DNA from: a virus
Strand: one strand, 5' to 3'
Virus record (IMG/VR): IMGVR_UViG_3300036780_000119
Coordinates: 36,467-100,466 of that record
DNA: 64,000 nucleotides
The translations under genes and the position numbers were made by a program. Shown here piece after piece: positions 9,589-20,058 of this stretch. The number at the start of each line of letters is the position of its first letter. Positions within the stretch are counted from its first letter, which is position 1. Under the pieces are notes generated by a model. That model made no database searches. It saw only the letters and a list, made by a program, of their open reading frames with translations, and was not told the origin of the DNA.

Positions 9589-11367
9589 TCAGCCGGCCGC
9601 CGTCCACCAGCTCTTGCCGCCGCTGGACAATGCCGGCGTCGTCCCGGGCAGTGTGGTGGCCCCCGTGCCGCCGGTCGCGATCCGGTAGCTGGCCGCGGTG
9701 AGACCCAGGTTGTACAGGCCCCCCTGGCCGGTCGCGCCCCACATGTCGCCGAGCGTCGGCATCGTGGTCGCGTTCATCAGGAACGCCACCCAGTACTGGC
9801 CCGGGGTGAGTGCTTGCGCGGTGATCGTGCAGGTGACCAGGCTGCCGAGGGCGCCGCCGAATGAGGCGTCGGTGGCGGCGGACGCGAGCAGCGCCGTGGA
9901 ACTGTACAGGCCCGCGAAGTTCTCCCCGGCGGTAACTCCCGCAGCGGGGGTGCCGCCCAGCGCGAAATACAGCTTGGAGACGGTGACGGGCTGCCGGATT
10001 TTGAGGCCGAGCAGGTAGATCGTGCCGGAGGTGGGGGCGGTGCTTGCCGCGATCAGCATCGGGTCATATACCCAGGCGGCGAGACCATGGTCGGCGGGCA
10101 TCCAGCCGTGTGCCGGGTGCACGTGCCCGGCGTCGGCCATCAGCCCCTTAGCCCCGGCTGCCTGGTTCCCGGCTGGCTGAATGTCGGTGGCCGTGCTGTC
10201 GAACGACAGCCCCTGGCTGTGCGCGGCCGACAGCCACACCTTGTTCGTGGATACGTACTGGAACAGGACCGTTTCGGCCCGGGACAGCAGGTAGGTGGTG
10301 GCGCCGCCGCCGACGTTGAACACGTCGGTCCCGGCTGCGGCGATCGTGCACGTGTTGCCGCTGGTGATGACCTTGACGCCGATGATGATCCGGTCGGCGG
10401 GGCCGTTGGGCAGCGTGATAGTGACCGCGCCGCCGGACGTGTTCACCCGTACCAGGTCATACGGGGCGGCGGTGTAGGCGGCGGTCTTCACGCCGGTCGG
10501 GATGATCACCCACGGGTGGATGTGGTCAGCGCGGGCCACCGATCCGAGGCTGCCCGCGGACTGGGTGCCGGCCGGCTGAATGTCGGTGCTGGTGGAGTCG
10601 AGCGTCACCGTGGAAAGCTGGCTGACGGTGGCTGCGTCCTGCGGGCTCACCCCGTCGGCCAGGTTCGACAGGGTCTGGCTGTTCATCGGCACCGTGGCCG
10701 TGGGCGGATGCTCGGTGGCAATTATGTCCAGGCTGCTGGTTTTGACCAGCGGCGTGTCCGGGTTGGTGTTGTCCACCGTGACCGAGCCGTCGGCCGCAGT
10801 TACTGACGTGACACCGCCGGGTGCAATGCCGCTGGTCGTGTTCAGCCACACGTCGGTCGGCAGCGCGCCGCCGGTGCCGCCCAGCGTCGGCGCGACCGGC
10901 CCAACCCACCACACCACTGATGAGGTGGTGTCTGGCCGCAGCGGGTAGCTGGCGGTGTCCGGGTCGTAGTACACGTAGGGGGCGAGCTGCATCGCGGCAA
11001 GGGGCGCGACGTCGCCGGCCAGCGTGGTCAGGTCGGTGCCGATGTCGTTGGCGTACAGCCACCGCCGCGGCCCGGTACCACCGGACGCGTCGGCGGCCAT
11101 CCGGTAAATCCCGTCCGGCCCCTGGAGGCTGTCGGGGATTTCCCCGTTGGCATCACAGGTGACCGACGCGGTGGGGGTGCCGGTGCCATCCAGCAGGCCG
11201 GTGCCGTCGTCCACGCCGCCGGGCAGCGGCGCCGCCGGGTACTGGGCGCCGCCGACGAGGCTGTCCCAGAAGGTGAGCGTCACCCCGGGCGCCTGGGCGA
11301 TCGACCCGTCGGTGTTCCAGGTGAACGCCCAGTCCGAGCTGCCGCCGCCGAAAGTGTGCCTAGCCAA
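9589..11367 (-). CDS. Minor tail / fibre protein
   Basis: TTG start with GAGGAG RBS; fibre motifs (GVTSVTAADGSV, ARADHIHP, ADAGHVHP). Confidence 0.8.
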   Translation of the reverse strand: MARHTFGGGSSDWAFTWNTDGSIAQAPGVTLTFWDSLVGGAQYPAAPLPGGVDDGTGLLDGTGTPTASVTCDANGEIPDSLQGPDGIYRMAADASGGTGPRRWLYANDIGTDLTTLAGDVAPLAAMQLAPYVYYDPDTASYPLRPDTTSSVVWWVGPVAPTLGGTGGALPTDVWLNTTSGIAPGGVTSVTAADGSVTVDNTNPDTPLVKTSSLDIIATEHPPTATVPMNSQTLSNLADGVSPQDAATVSQLSTVTLDSTSTDIQPAGTQSAGSLGSVARADHIHPWVIIPTGVKTAAYTAAPYDLVRVNTSGGAVTITLPNGPADRIIIGVKVITSGNTCTIAAAGTDVFNVGGGATTYLLSRAETVLFQYVSTNKVWLSAAHSQGLSFDSTATDIQPAGNQAAGAKGLMADAGHVHPAHGWMPADHGLAAWVYDPMLIAASTAPTSGTIYLLGLKIRQPVTVSKLYFALGGTPAAGVTAGENFAGLYSSTALLASAATDASFGGALGSLVTCTITAQALTPGQYWVAFLMNATTMPTLGDMWGATGQGGLYNLGLTAASYRIATGGTGATTLPGTTPALSSGGKSWWTAAG

Positions 11368-11431
11368 AGGATGTCTCCTCGCGGGGGTCAGATACCGGGC
11401 GGGTGGCTGCCAGACCCCTCCGTGACGGGGG

Positions 11432-12364
11432 TCAGAAGGCCAGCGGGTAGCAGCCGGTGCCTTCCAGGACGCTGGCTGAGGTGGCGACGCCGTATGCGGC
11501 GACGGTGCCGTCGGCGCGGAAGGTCAGGGACGCGGTTTCGAAGGAGCCGGAGCCGCCTTGCGGGGACTGCTTGACCGCGTCGCAGCGCAGCGGCACGTGG
11601 TGATACACCGGCGGCGCGTAGGAGCTGGAGATGCTGCAGATGACGGTGCCGTCGCCGACGTCCGCGGCGCCGCCCAGGGTGATTTCCGCGGCCACCGCGA
11701 CCAGGCCAGGCGCGACCTTCGCATACGACAAGGTGCCGCGCCAGCCTTGTGGCCGGAAGTTGGTGATGGTGTGGGGTGTGTCGGGGGTCAGCGCGATATA
11801 GGACCAGGAAGACCCGTCCCACAGGGCGACCATCCCGGTGTCGCTTTCATACAGCAGCCCCGGCGATGGCATTTTCGGCCGCACCGACGACACGCCAGCC
11901 AGTATCAGCCCACCGGAGTACCGTTCATCGGCCATCTGGGTGAGCCCGCCGGAGGATGCCGACTGCCAGGACATGATGGGCAGGTCCCACAGGCCGGTGG
12001 AGGTTTGCGTCAGGGCGGGTTTCTGCGGATTGGCGCCGGGGGTTCCGGTGATGACGGTGGGCACGATGAACAGGGACGGGTCGCTGGCGGCCCGGTCCAG
12101 CCTCAGCACGAGCCTGTCGATCCTGTTCTGTGATGAGGCAGCCGGCACCGGCGTGGCGGTGCTGGCGGAGACGGGTTTGCAGAACGACCGGATGATCGCG
12201 GCGCCGGTGCCGATGACGGCGTTGCGGCCCGACCCGTCCAGCGACGGCGCCAGCCCGGTGATCACCCCGGACCACAGGCCGGGGGAGAACAGTTCCTCCC
12301 ACTGGCTGATGTTGCTGACCGTGGAAACACCCGGCAGCGGGAAGGCGTCATCGGCGATGGTTAC
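11432..12364 (-). CDS. Minor tail protein (apparent start codon GTA)
   Basis: NRIDRLVLRLD..PALTQT..WDLPI motif of actinophage minor tail proteins; gene-like N-terminus begins at GTA 12364 overlapping the upstream TAA. Confidence 0.75.
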   Translation of the reverse strand, partial: VTIADDAFPLPGVSTVSNISQWEELFSPGLWSGVITGLAPSLDGSGRNAVIGTGAAIIRSFCKPVSASTATPVPAASSQNRIDRLVLRLDRAASDPSLFIVPTVITGTPGANPQKPALTQTSTGLWDLPIMSWQSASSGGLTQMADERYSGGLILAGVSSVRPKMPSPGLLYESDTGMVALWDGSSWSYIALTPDTPHTITNFRPQGWRGTLSYAKVAPGLVAVAAEITLGGAADVGDGTVICSISSSYAPPVYHHVPLRCDAVKQSPQGGSGSFETASLTFRADGTVAAYGVATSASVLEGTGCYPLAF

Positions 12365-14160
12365 TGCCCTGCCTTTCTGGCAGCCCTGATGGCCTTGTTG
12401 ATCTTGCGGACCTGGGAGGCGAGCCGCCGCACCGCGCTGCGGTCGGCCGTGCTGTCGTCGGAGGAGGCGCCGACGGTGGGCGTGACCACCTCGTAATAGC
12501 TGCCGTAACTGCCGGTGACCTGCACGCCGGTTGTCGGGCCCATGTAGACGGTGCCGGAGGTGTCTGACCCGGCGGTGAGCTCGACCGCGCTGATCACGTC
12601 GGTGTAGGAGATGCCCGGGTGGATCTGGATGGTGACCGTGTCGCCAAGCTGGTAGCCCTGCACGACGCCCACGGTTTCGCCGAACCGCAAGTGCGGGATG
12701 TCGGTGGCGGTGATGGTCAGCGTGTGCGCGCTCGCGCCGTCCGCCAGATCCTGGTCGACCGCGGTGGAGATGTCGTCGGCGTTGGTGGAGGATGTCTGGT
12801 CCTCGAACAGTTCGGTGCGCCGCCACGGGTCACCGGCCGCGTCGCCGGAACTGTCGTGTTCGGTGAAGTTCGGTGGCTGCGCGCCGTCTTCGATGAGCAC
12901 GACGTCTGTGGTGGGGATGGCGTCGGCGATGCTGTCGCCGCGCAGGTTGCCCAGCGTCGTGGAGAACACGGCCTTTTTGGACAGGTCACGGGGCAGGTAG
13001 CAGTCGAACACCAGATTGCCGCCGGCCAGGCCGATGCTGACCCCGATCAGGCTCTTGGACGCGACCGTCCGGATTTTGTCCATCAGGGTCTGCCCCAGGT
13101 TGGACACGTAGGTGCCGGTGGCGCCGCCGCCGGAGTCATACAGCATCACGTCATCGACGTAGTGCACCTCACCGGCGTTCTGCGTGTTCTGCACCTTGAC
13201 CGCGGCCAGCGCCCACACCGAGTTGTCCGGGGCGGCGACCGACCCGGTGGACTGGGTCCAGCCGGAGTCGGAGTCCACGGCACCCTGGGCGTAGATGGTG
13301 GCCAGGTGGCTGCCGGAAATGTCATAGAACGACGCGCCCGTGTCGCAGGTCTGGGCGAAGTTGAAGGTGCGGAACCATGCGGAGCAGTTGATGGAATCAC
13401 CGGGGCGGACGCTCATCCCCTGGGCGGCGACACTGCCCGGGGCGCCGGAGAACGCGGTCATGTCCCCCGCCGCGGCCGATGTCATCTGCATGCTGTGGCC
13501 GCCGGAGTGGGCACGGTCGGTGGTGCGGGCAATGCCGCAGTTCGCCTGGGCGGTCCAGTTGCCGAGGCTGCCGTCGAATCCGGCGCTGTCACCGGACAGC
13601 CAGTTCGATGACCCGGTGGCCAGCGGCGCGGTCAGGGTGAGGCTGATCGTGCCGCCGCGGCCCTGGTCGGTGGCGACGGTGAAGTTGGGCACATTGCGGG
13701 CCGTGTCGCCGGCGGTCACCATGTTCTCGGTGACCAGGGTTTTGATGACGGTCTCGGCCGGGCCGGAGATGACCCGCGGGGTGGTGGGCTGGTTCGCCCA
13801 CGTTTTGGTGCCGTCGATGTACGCGACCCGGTTGGCCAGCAGGCACAGGAAGTCCGCGCCAGACAGTGTGATGGTTTCGGTGATGATGCCGGTGTTCGGG
13901 TCAACAACCAGGTCGTGTTCCCACTGCTCGGCCAGCAACGGCACCTGGAACACGCCGTTCCAGTCCACAAACAAGGCGCGGGGAATGAACTCGCCCTGGG
14001 AGTCGAACGTGACCAGCAGCCAGTTCCGCGGGGTCGCCGGCAATACCAGGGTGAACGCGCCGACCTGGTTGAACTGCAGCGTGTTGACGTCCAGTTTCTG
14101 CCAGGTGATCGGCTGCTGGGGCACCAGCTCGTCGCTGAGCGCGTCAATGCGGACCGTCAC
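12361..14160 (-). CDS. Minor tail protein (Gp37-like/Tal hub) with inserted carbohydrate-binding module
   Basis: FNQVGAFTL, GPAETVIKTLV..N, YQLGDTVT motifs; CBM4/9-like insert at about 13137-13606 (GFDGSLGNW..AHSGGHS..HYVDDV). Confidence 0.8.
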   Translation of the reverse strand: MTVRIDALSDELVPQQPITWQKLDVNTLQFNQVGAFTLVLPATPRNWLLVTFDSQGEFIPRALFVDWNGVFQVPLLAEQWEHDLVVDPNTGIITETITLSGADFLCLLANRVAYIDGTKTWANQPTTPRVISGPAETVIKTLVTENMVTAGDTARNVPNFTVATDQGRGGTISLTLTAPLATGSSNWLSGDSAGFDGSLGNWTAQANCGIARTTDRAHSGGHSMQMTSAAAGDMTAFSGAPGSVAAQGMSVRPGDSINCSAWFRTFNFAQTCDTGASFYDISGSHLATIYAQGAVDSDSGWTQSTGSVAAPDNSVWALAAVKVQNTQNAGEVHYVDDVMLYDSGGGATGTYVSNLGQTLMDKIRTVASKSLIGVSIGLAGGNLVFDCYLPRDLSKKAVFSTTLGNLRGDSIADAIPTTDVVLIEDGAQPPNFTEHDSSGDAAGDPWRRTELFEDQTSSTNADDISTAVDQDLADGASAHTLTITATDIPHLRFGETVGVVQGYQLGDTVTIQIHPGISYTDVISAVELTAGSDTSGTVYMGPTTGVQVTGSYGSYYEVVTPTVGASSDDSTADRSAVRRLASQVRKINKAIRAARKAGQ

Positions 14161-15110
14161 GGGCGCAGCCAGCGGCGCGTGTAGAACAGGGCAATCTGGG
14201 ATCCGGCGCCGGTGCCGGTGAGCTCGACGTCGATCAGGTTGACGCCGGGCACCAGCGGCCACAGGTCCCGCGGGTCGGCGGCGGCCAGATGCGCCCACTG
14301 GGAGTTCCCGGCGGCGTCGGTGACGCTAGTGCCGGTGACCGGGTCGGTGACGACCGTCCACACATCGCCGTCGGGCACGGACGTGTCCAGGGTCCACTCC
14401 AGGCCGGTGGTCACGTTGGTCACGGCCGGCTGGCCAGGACCGGTGACCTGCCAGGTCGGGTAGGTGTCGGCGTCGCCGGTGTAGTTGATGTCGCTCTGCC
14501 CGAGTGCCATGCCGGGGGACAGCAGGATCGGCGGCATCGGCGGCACCCCGGCGCCGGGGATGGCGGCGGCGAACACGATCGGCCCCACCTGCTGGGCGGG
14601 CACATCGGTCCAGTACGGCTGCCCGGTGAGGGTGAGCGTCCACTGTGACCACCACAGCGGGATGTCGGTCTCATCGGGCTGGTCCAGCCCGGCCGTGCAG
14701 TAGCATTCGAGCAGCCGCAAACTCCCGTCGGGCTGCTGAATCCCCAGGTAGCCGGGTTTCGGAACGCCGGCGCGGACGGTCCAGAAAGCGTTGCTGACCG
14801 CCTCATACAGCAGGTGCGCGGCCGATGGGTCGGTTTTGTCCGGCGCTTCGGCGTACAAGGCGAGGGTGACGGTCCGCGGCTGCGGGATCTGGCTCTGGAT
14901 GATGAACGCGCCGGTCGGCAGCGGCAGCATGGTCAGCGCGTTGGGGAAGCCGCCGATGCCGCTGATGGCGGTGGCGATGACCCCGTCGCCCAGGCCCAGG
15001 TCGGACAGGTCCCACACTTTCCCGTCCGGGTCGGTCCAGGTCAGGTCGGGCCGTGCGCCCAGCTGCGGGAAGGTGGGCAGGGTGATGGTGGCCTGGGCGA
15101 GAACAGGCAA
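14157..15110 (-). CDS. Distal tail (Dit-like) protein
   Basis: Directly after the tape measure gene; PYW, GDADTYPTWQVTGP and LWPLVPGVN motifs. Confidence 0.85.
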   Translation of the reverse strand: MPVLAQATITLPTFPQLGARPDLTWTDPDGKVWDLSDLGLGDGVIATAISGIGGFPNALTMLPLPTGAFIIQSQIPQPRTVTLALYAEAPDKTDPSAAHLLYEAVSNAFWTVRAGVPKPGYLGIQQPDGSLRLLECYCTAGLDQPDETDIPLWWSQWTLTLTGQPYWTDVPAQQVGPIVFAAAIPGAGVPPMPPILLSPGMALGQSDINYTGDADTYPTWQVTGPGQPAVTNVTTGLEWTLDTSVPDGDVWTVVTDPVTGTSVTDAAGNSQWAHLAAADPRDLWPLVPGVNLIDVELTGTGAGSQIALFYTRRWLRP

Positions 15111-15137
15111 ACCGTGCCCCCCTTTCCCGGCGGCTGG

Positions 15138-18100
15138 CTAGTTGGGGCGGCCGATGCGGGCGCGGCGGCCGTCGTTGATGGCCATGGCGGTGAACGCCTG
15201 CCGGACGCGGGATTCCATCGCCGTGGCGGCCCATTCGTCGGGGAACTGGGCGATGTAGGTGTTTGAGCCCGCGCCGGGGTGCCCGGCCCGGTGGAGCTGG
15301 CTGGCCGGCAGCACAACCTCGGGTTTGCCGGTCAGGTTCGCGGCCAGGGTGAGACCCGGCGGCAAGATGCCGCCGCGGTCATACCAGCCGTGCGAAAGCT
15401 CATGCGCCCAGGCGTTGTCCGGGCCGCCGTAGGTTGCCTTGATGTAGCCGAGACCCCACCGGATCTGTGTTTCGGGGTTGGTGAGGTAGTCCGCGCCGGC
15501 GGCGGCCATTTTCGACGCCGGGAGGGACTGCGGGATACCGTATGCGCCGCTCGGGTTGGCCGCGTTCCACCGCCAGCCCGATTCGCGGGTCCACAGCAGG
15601 TCCAGCGCCGGCCACTGATCGGCCCAGCCCATCGTGGCGATCAGCCGTTTGGCGATCGACTGGGCCGGCCCGGTGGCCGCCACGGCACCGGGAATGCCAA
15701 ACCCGGATGCCGCTGCGGTGGCGGCGGTTTTGATGGCGGACTTCATCGCCGACACCATGGAGCTGGTCATGTCGCTGGTGAAGTTGTTCACCATGTTCGT
15801 CGCGTACTTGCCGTCCAGCACGTTTTTGTTGCCGGCCAGGACGAGGCCGCCGTCGGCGAAACCGGGGATGCTGCCGCGCAGGTGATCGACCAGGCCGGCC
15901 GAGACCATTTTCGCCGGGACGATCAGCTCACCCTTGGACACGCGGGCGAACACGTCATCGGCGGTCGCGGTCGTGCCGGCGTGCACGTAGGCCCCGCTGG
16001 CACCAGATACCGGCGTGGTGCCGCCCTGGGTGGCGTGCCCGCTTTCACCCTGGAAGTACGCGCCCTGCTGGTGGATCGAATACTGGCCTTTGCCGGTCAT
16101 CGACAGGTAAAAACCCTCTTTGGGAGGGATTTTCTTGATGGCGCCGGTCAGGTTGTTGACATCGATTTTGGCCTGGCCGGCGGTCAGCCCGGTTTTCTCC
16201 AGGTCTTTAATCAGCTGGGCGCGGGCGCCACGCCCGGCGTCGGTGTTCTGCGTGTTGTTCCGGACATCGGTGTTGTAAGCCTCAAGTGCCTTGCTCAGGG
16301 TGCTGGTCTGGGTTTGCCCCTGATGCATTGAATCCCACAGCGCGGTCGCCGCGGTTTTGCTGATACCCAGTTTTTGCGCCAGCTGGGCGATCTGCTGCTG
16401 CACGTTCTGGATTTTCGAGCCGGTGGCGCTGAACGGCTGATTGCGGAAGGTGTCCCACAGCACCTTCGCCTGGTAGTTGGTGGCACCCATTCCCTCGGCG
16501 AACGTCATGAATGCCTGCCGCGCTTCCCCCACATTGTGCAGGGTGCCGATGAGGGTGTTGCCGACCCGTTTCGTCGCCGCCGCCACCTGGCTGCTGGCGA
16601 GGCTGTGATGGGCCATCGCCTCGGCGAAATTATTGAATGATGCCTGGCCGCCGTGTGCGATGAAAATCGCGGTGGACATGGCATTGGTGAGGGTGGTGCC
16701 AAGCGCCGTGGACAGCCGCTTGACGTCGCGGGCCAGCCCGGCCGCGTCGACGGTCAGCGTGGTCGTTGCCTTGTCGGTGCGGGCCAGCCCGGTGGCGGGT
16801 TTCCCGGCCCATTCGGCCAGCTGCTTGAAACTGTCGGCCGCGGGGTAGCCGCCCTGCTGGGCCAGTGCGTACAGTTCGGCGGTCGCGGACTTGCTGCCCT
16901 TCACCGACGGCAGCAGCGTCGCGACAAGCCCCTTGATGCCGTCGGTGAGCAGGTGGTAGCCCTTGGTGCCGTCCCCGGCGGCGCTGGCCAGGGTCATCAG
17001 GTTGTCCGCCTGGGTCTGGGCAGCGCCGATGGTCTGCTGGAACTGCATCCGGGCGGCGATGCTGGACGTGTTCAGCCCGTCCAGGGACACCTTGGTGGCC
17101 TTGGCTGCGGAGCCGCTGCCGGACATGTCCTTGTTCAGCGTCGCCAGCTGCTGGGCGAACTGGCTGAACCCGGTCTCACCGCCGGACACGGTTTTGAAGA
17201 ACGCATCCCAGCCGCCGGTCACCTTAGCGATCGAGGACTGCTGCTGCAGCGTCGCGAAGGTGACCGCGTTGACGCTGTTGCCGAGCAGCCCCGCCTGGAT
17301 ACCGGCGGCTTTGTAGCCGTCCTTCAGGTTCTGGACCTTGATCGCCATCGTGGCGACGGAGTCACCGGCCCGCACCCCGGCCAGGTTCATGATCGCCAGC
17401 GACTGGGAGTAGGTGTGCCCCTGGGTGATCAGGTTCCCGGTCTCGGTGAACAGGTTTTTCTGTTTCCCGAGCAGCTGACCGATTTCGGCGTTGTATTTGG
17501 AAATGTCGATGCGGGCGGCTTCGGCACCGGCGCCGGCGTGGCCGAAAATGGCGGTGAAGATGCCGCCGATGGCCTTGATCTGGCCCAGGCCGGGCCCCTG
17601 GGAACCCATGACGTGGCCGAGGTTCGCGAACGCATGCCCGACACCCATGATCCAGTTCGGGACGCCCTGGGTGAAGAACTCGCCGAGCTGGGTCCAGAAC
17701 CCGCCGGACTGCATCTGCTTGAGTTCGCTGCCAGAGGTGGTGGCCGCGATTTTGGTGTTGAGCTGGCCGATCGCGACGCCGATGTCGGTGATCGCGGTGG
17801 ATGCCTGGTCGGTGTCGATCCGCTGGTTGATCGTGTCGATGAACTTCCGCGCCGCCGGGGTGCCCTGCGACGCCTGGTAGGTGAAGTAGCCGATCGCCGC
17901 GGACGCGGTGGCGATCCACCCCCACGGGCTGGTGACGGCGAACTTGAGAAGGTTCTTGAAACTGGTCCCAGACTTGACCGCGTCAACCTGCTTGGCGCTG
18001 AGATAGCCGAGCCCCCGGCCCGCAGCCAGCAGCGGCGCGGACAGCACCTTGGACCACAGCCACAGGCCATGCAGGGCAAGAACGGTTTGCACGATCGGTG

Positions 18101-19619
18101 CTGGCAGTTCGGTGAACAGTTTCAGCAGTTCCGCGGCGCCCTGCACAATGTCCAGCAGGTAGTGGGCGATGCCCGGGTCTTCCTTGAGCAGGTTGCCCAG
18201 CGCCTGCCCCAGGGTGCCGACGATGTGGCCGAACTGCTGCAGGTAGCCGACACCGGACTGGAGCAGCGAGCCGAACCCGCCTTGTGCCTTAACCCACAGG
18301 TCGATCTTGGCGATCCAGTCGTCAAAGACCGTGACAACCTGCCGGGCGGTGCTGTTGAACGCGCCGGTGTTCGACTCGACCGCACGCAGCGCGCCGCCGT
18401 AGGCCTCGATGGTCTGCGGCGCCATCGCCTTGTTCAGGTTGTCGAACGAGCCGGTGATCGGCTTGAGGTGGGTGCCGAAGGAGTCGCCGACCTGGGTGAG
18501 CGCCATCCAGTGCGTGTACAGATCCTGGGTGCTGTTCACCATGGCGGTGATGCCGGCGGCTGCCGCCACGGTGGCCAGCCCGACGGACAGCATCGCTTCG
18601 GCGACGCCGTCCAGGGCGACGTGCCACAGCTTGACCCCGCCGATGGTGCCGGTCAGCCAGCCGAACCGGCCACCCGCACCGCCGAGCACCCCGCGGCCCC
18701 CACCGCCGGCGGCGCCCCCGGCGGCGTTGGCTGCCAGGTTGGTGCTGATCGCGGCCCGGATCGCCGCCAGCCGGGCCAGCCCGGCAGCACCCAGGCTGGG
18801 CAGGATCGGCACCGTCACCGGCCGGTGGGTCGCGGCCACGAGCTGCGCCCAGGCGGCGACAAGGGACGGCTTGTTCAGGCTGGCACCCAGCGGGACCGTG
18901 CCGCCGGGCAGCAGGTGCAGGCCGGCCCGGAACGCTGCCTGCGCCCGCGCCAGCGACGTCTGATTCAGGCTGATGTTCAGCGGCAGCTGGCCGCCGTGGG
19001 CGATGCCGGTGGCGGCGCGGAACTGGGCGAGCGCCTGCGTCAGGGACGTCTGGTTCAGGTTCACATCCAGCGGGATGCTGCCGCCGTGGGCGATGCCGGT
19101 GGCGGCGCGGAACGCCGCCATGGCCCGCTGCAGGCTGGGGTAGTCGAAGTCCACGACCAGGGGCAGCCGGCCACCGGTCAGCAGCCCGGTGGCGGTGCGG
19201 AACTGGGCCGCGGCCTTGGCCAGCGACCCGGTGTTGAGGGCAAAGTTCAGGTCGATGGTGCCGCCGGGCAGCAGCCCGAGCGCGTCCCGCGCGGCGGCCT
19301 GCGCACGGGCGAGGGATGCCTTGTCGGTGTCGAATTTGATCGGCACCGTCTGGCCGGCCAGCGGCCCGAGCGCGGCCTTGGCCTTGGCCGCCGACGCGGG
19401 GTCCACGTTGAACCGCAGCGGCACCGACTTGCCGGCCACCAGCGGCCCAAGCGCGGCCTGCGCTTTGGCCACGGAGTCTTTGTCGATGGTGAACTTGACC
19501 GGGACGCTCGTGTCGAGGGCGGCGAGCGCGGTTTTGAGGTCAGCCTGGGTTTCGGCGAGGAAACCCCGCATGTCCGGGAGGATTCCGACCCGGGCGGTGC
19601 CGACCAGGACTCCAGGCAT
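15138..19619 (-). CDS. Tape measure protein with C-terminal lytic transglycosylase domain
   Basis: 1493 aa, Ala/Gly helical; RESGWRWNAANPSGAYGIPQSLP..NPETQIRWGLGYIKATYG motif. Confidence 0.95.
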   Translation of the reverse strand: MPGVLVGTARVGILPDMRGFLAETQADLKTALAALDTSVPVKFTIDKDSVAKAQAALGPLVAGKSVPLRFNVDPASAAKAKAALGPLAGQTVPIKFDTDKASLARAQAAARDALGLLPGGTIDLNFALNTGSLAKAAAQFRTATGLLTGGRLPLVVDFDYPSLQRAMAAFRAATGIAHGGSIPLDVNLNQTSLTQALAQFRAATGIAHGGQLPLNISLNQTSLARAQAAFRAGLHLLPGGTVPLGASLNKPSLVAAWAQLVAATHRPVTVPILPSLGAAGLARLAAIRAAISTNLAANAAGGAAGGGGRGVLGGAGGRFGWLTGTIGGVKLWHVALDGVAEAMLSVGLATVAAAAGITAMVNSTQDLYTHWMALTQVGDSFGTHLKPITGSFDNLNKAMAPQTIEAYGGALRAVESNTGAFNSTARQVVTVFDDWIAKIDLWVKAQGGFGSLLQSGVGYLQQFGHIVGTLGQALGNLLKEDPGIAHYLLDIVQGAAELLKLFTELPAPIVQTVLALHGLWLWSKVLSAPLLAAGRGLGYLSAKQVDAVKSGTSFKNLLKFAVTSPWGWIATASAAIGYFTYQASQGTPAARKFIDTINQRIDTDQASTAITDIGVAIGQLNTKIAATTSGSELKQMQSGGFWTQLGEFFTQGVPNWIMGVGHAFANLGHVMGSQGPGLGQIKAIGGIFTAIFGHAGAGAEAARIDISKYNAEIGQLLGKQKNLFTETGNLITQGHTYSQSLAIMNLAGVRAGDSVATMAIKVQNLKDGYKAAGIQAGLLGNSVNAVTFATLQQQSSIAKVTGGWDAFFKTVSGGETGFSQFAQQLATLNKDMSGSGSAAKATKVSLDGLNTSSIAARMQFQQTIGAAQTQADNLMTLASAAGDGTKGYHLLTDGIKGLVATLLPSVKGSKSATAELYALAQQGGYPAADSFKQLAEWAGKPATGLARTDKATTTLTVDAAGLARDVKRLSTALGTTLTNAMSTAIFIAHGGQASFNNFAEAMAHHSLASSQVAAATKRVGNTLIGTLHNVGEARQAFMTFAEGMGATNYQAKVLWDTFRNQPFSATGSKIQNVQQQIAQLAQKLGISKTAATALWDSMHQGQTQTSTLSKALEAYNTDVRNNTQNTDAGRGARAQLIKDLEKTGLTAGQAKIDVNNLTGAIKKIPPKEGFYLSMTGKGQYSIHQQGAYFQGESGHATQGGTTPVSGASGAYVHAGTTATADDVFARVSKGELIVPAKMVSAGLVDHLRGSIPGFADGGLVLAGNKNVLDGKYATNMVNNFTSDMTSSMVSAMKSAIKTAATAAASGFGIPGAVAATGPAQSIAKRLIATMGWADQWPALDLLWTRESGWRWNAANPSGAYGIPQSLPASKMAAAGADYLTNPETQIRWGLGYIKATYGGPDNAWAHELSHGWYDRGGILPPGLTLAANLTGKPEVVLPASQLHRAGHPGAGSNTYIAQFPDEWAATAMESRVRQAFTAMAINDGRRARIGRPN
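18860..19500 (-). repeat. About 27-aa tandem coding repeats at the TMP N-terminus (AQFRAATGIAHGGxLPLxxxLNQTSL)
   Basis: Near-identical DNA GCCGCCGTGGGCGATGCCGGTGGCGGCGCGGAAC occurs twice (about 18990 and 19080). Confidence 0.8.
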
Positions 19620-19689
19620 GGCGTGACCTCCCTCACCGGGGCTCGTGGAGGTACGCTGACGTCAGCCGTCAAGAGGGGGAAGGATTTAC

Positions 19690-20058
19690 ATGAGCATGCG
19701 CAGAACACGCGCCGCCGTGGTGGTGTGCGCGGTAGCCGCCGCGGTGGCCGGGTGTGCCGCATCCGGGCAGACGCCGGTGCAGCGTAATATCGCCGCGCAC
19801 CCGGCGGTGGCCTGTCCGGTGATCGCCGCGCAGGTGCGGGCGCTGAACCGGTACAGCAGTTTCCCCGGGCCGGTGGGTGACCCGGGCGCGGGGGAGCGGG
19901 AACTGGCCGGCGAGTTCGGCAACGTCAGCTCGGGGGCGGGCCGGCTCGCCGCCGCCGAAGTGACCTTCGCCAGCGACGTTTCGTCCCTGCCCGCCGGCAC
20001 GCCCGGGTATAACAGCACCGTGGCCGGTGACGTGGCCGCTCTCGCCCGCCTCTGCTAG
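19690..20058 (+). CDS. Lipoprotein, antisense insertion between tail chaperone and TMP
   Basis: AAGGA RBS; signal peptide with lipobox AVAG-C; fills the gap exactly with convergent stop overlap. Confidence 0.8.
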   Translation: MSMRRTRAAVVVCAVAAAVAGCAASGQTPVQRNIAAHPAVACPVIAAQVRALNRYSSFPGPVGDPGAGERELAGEFGNVSSGAGRLAAAEVTFASDVSSLPAGTPGYNSTVAGDVAALARLC

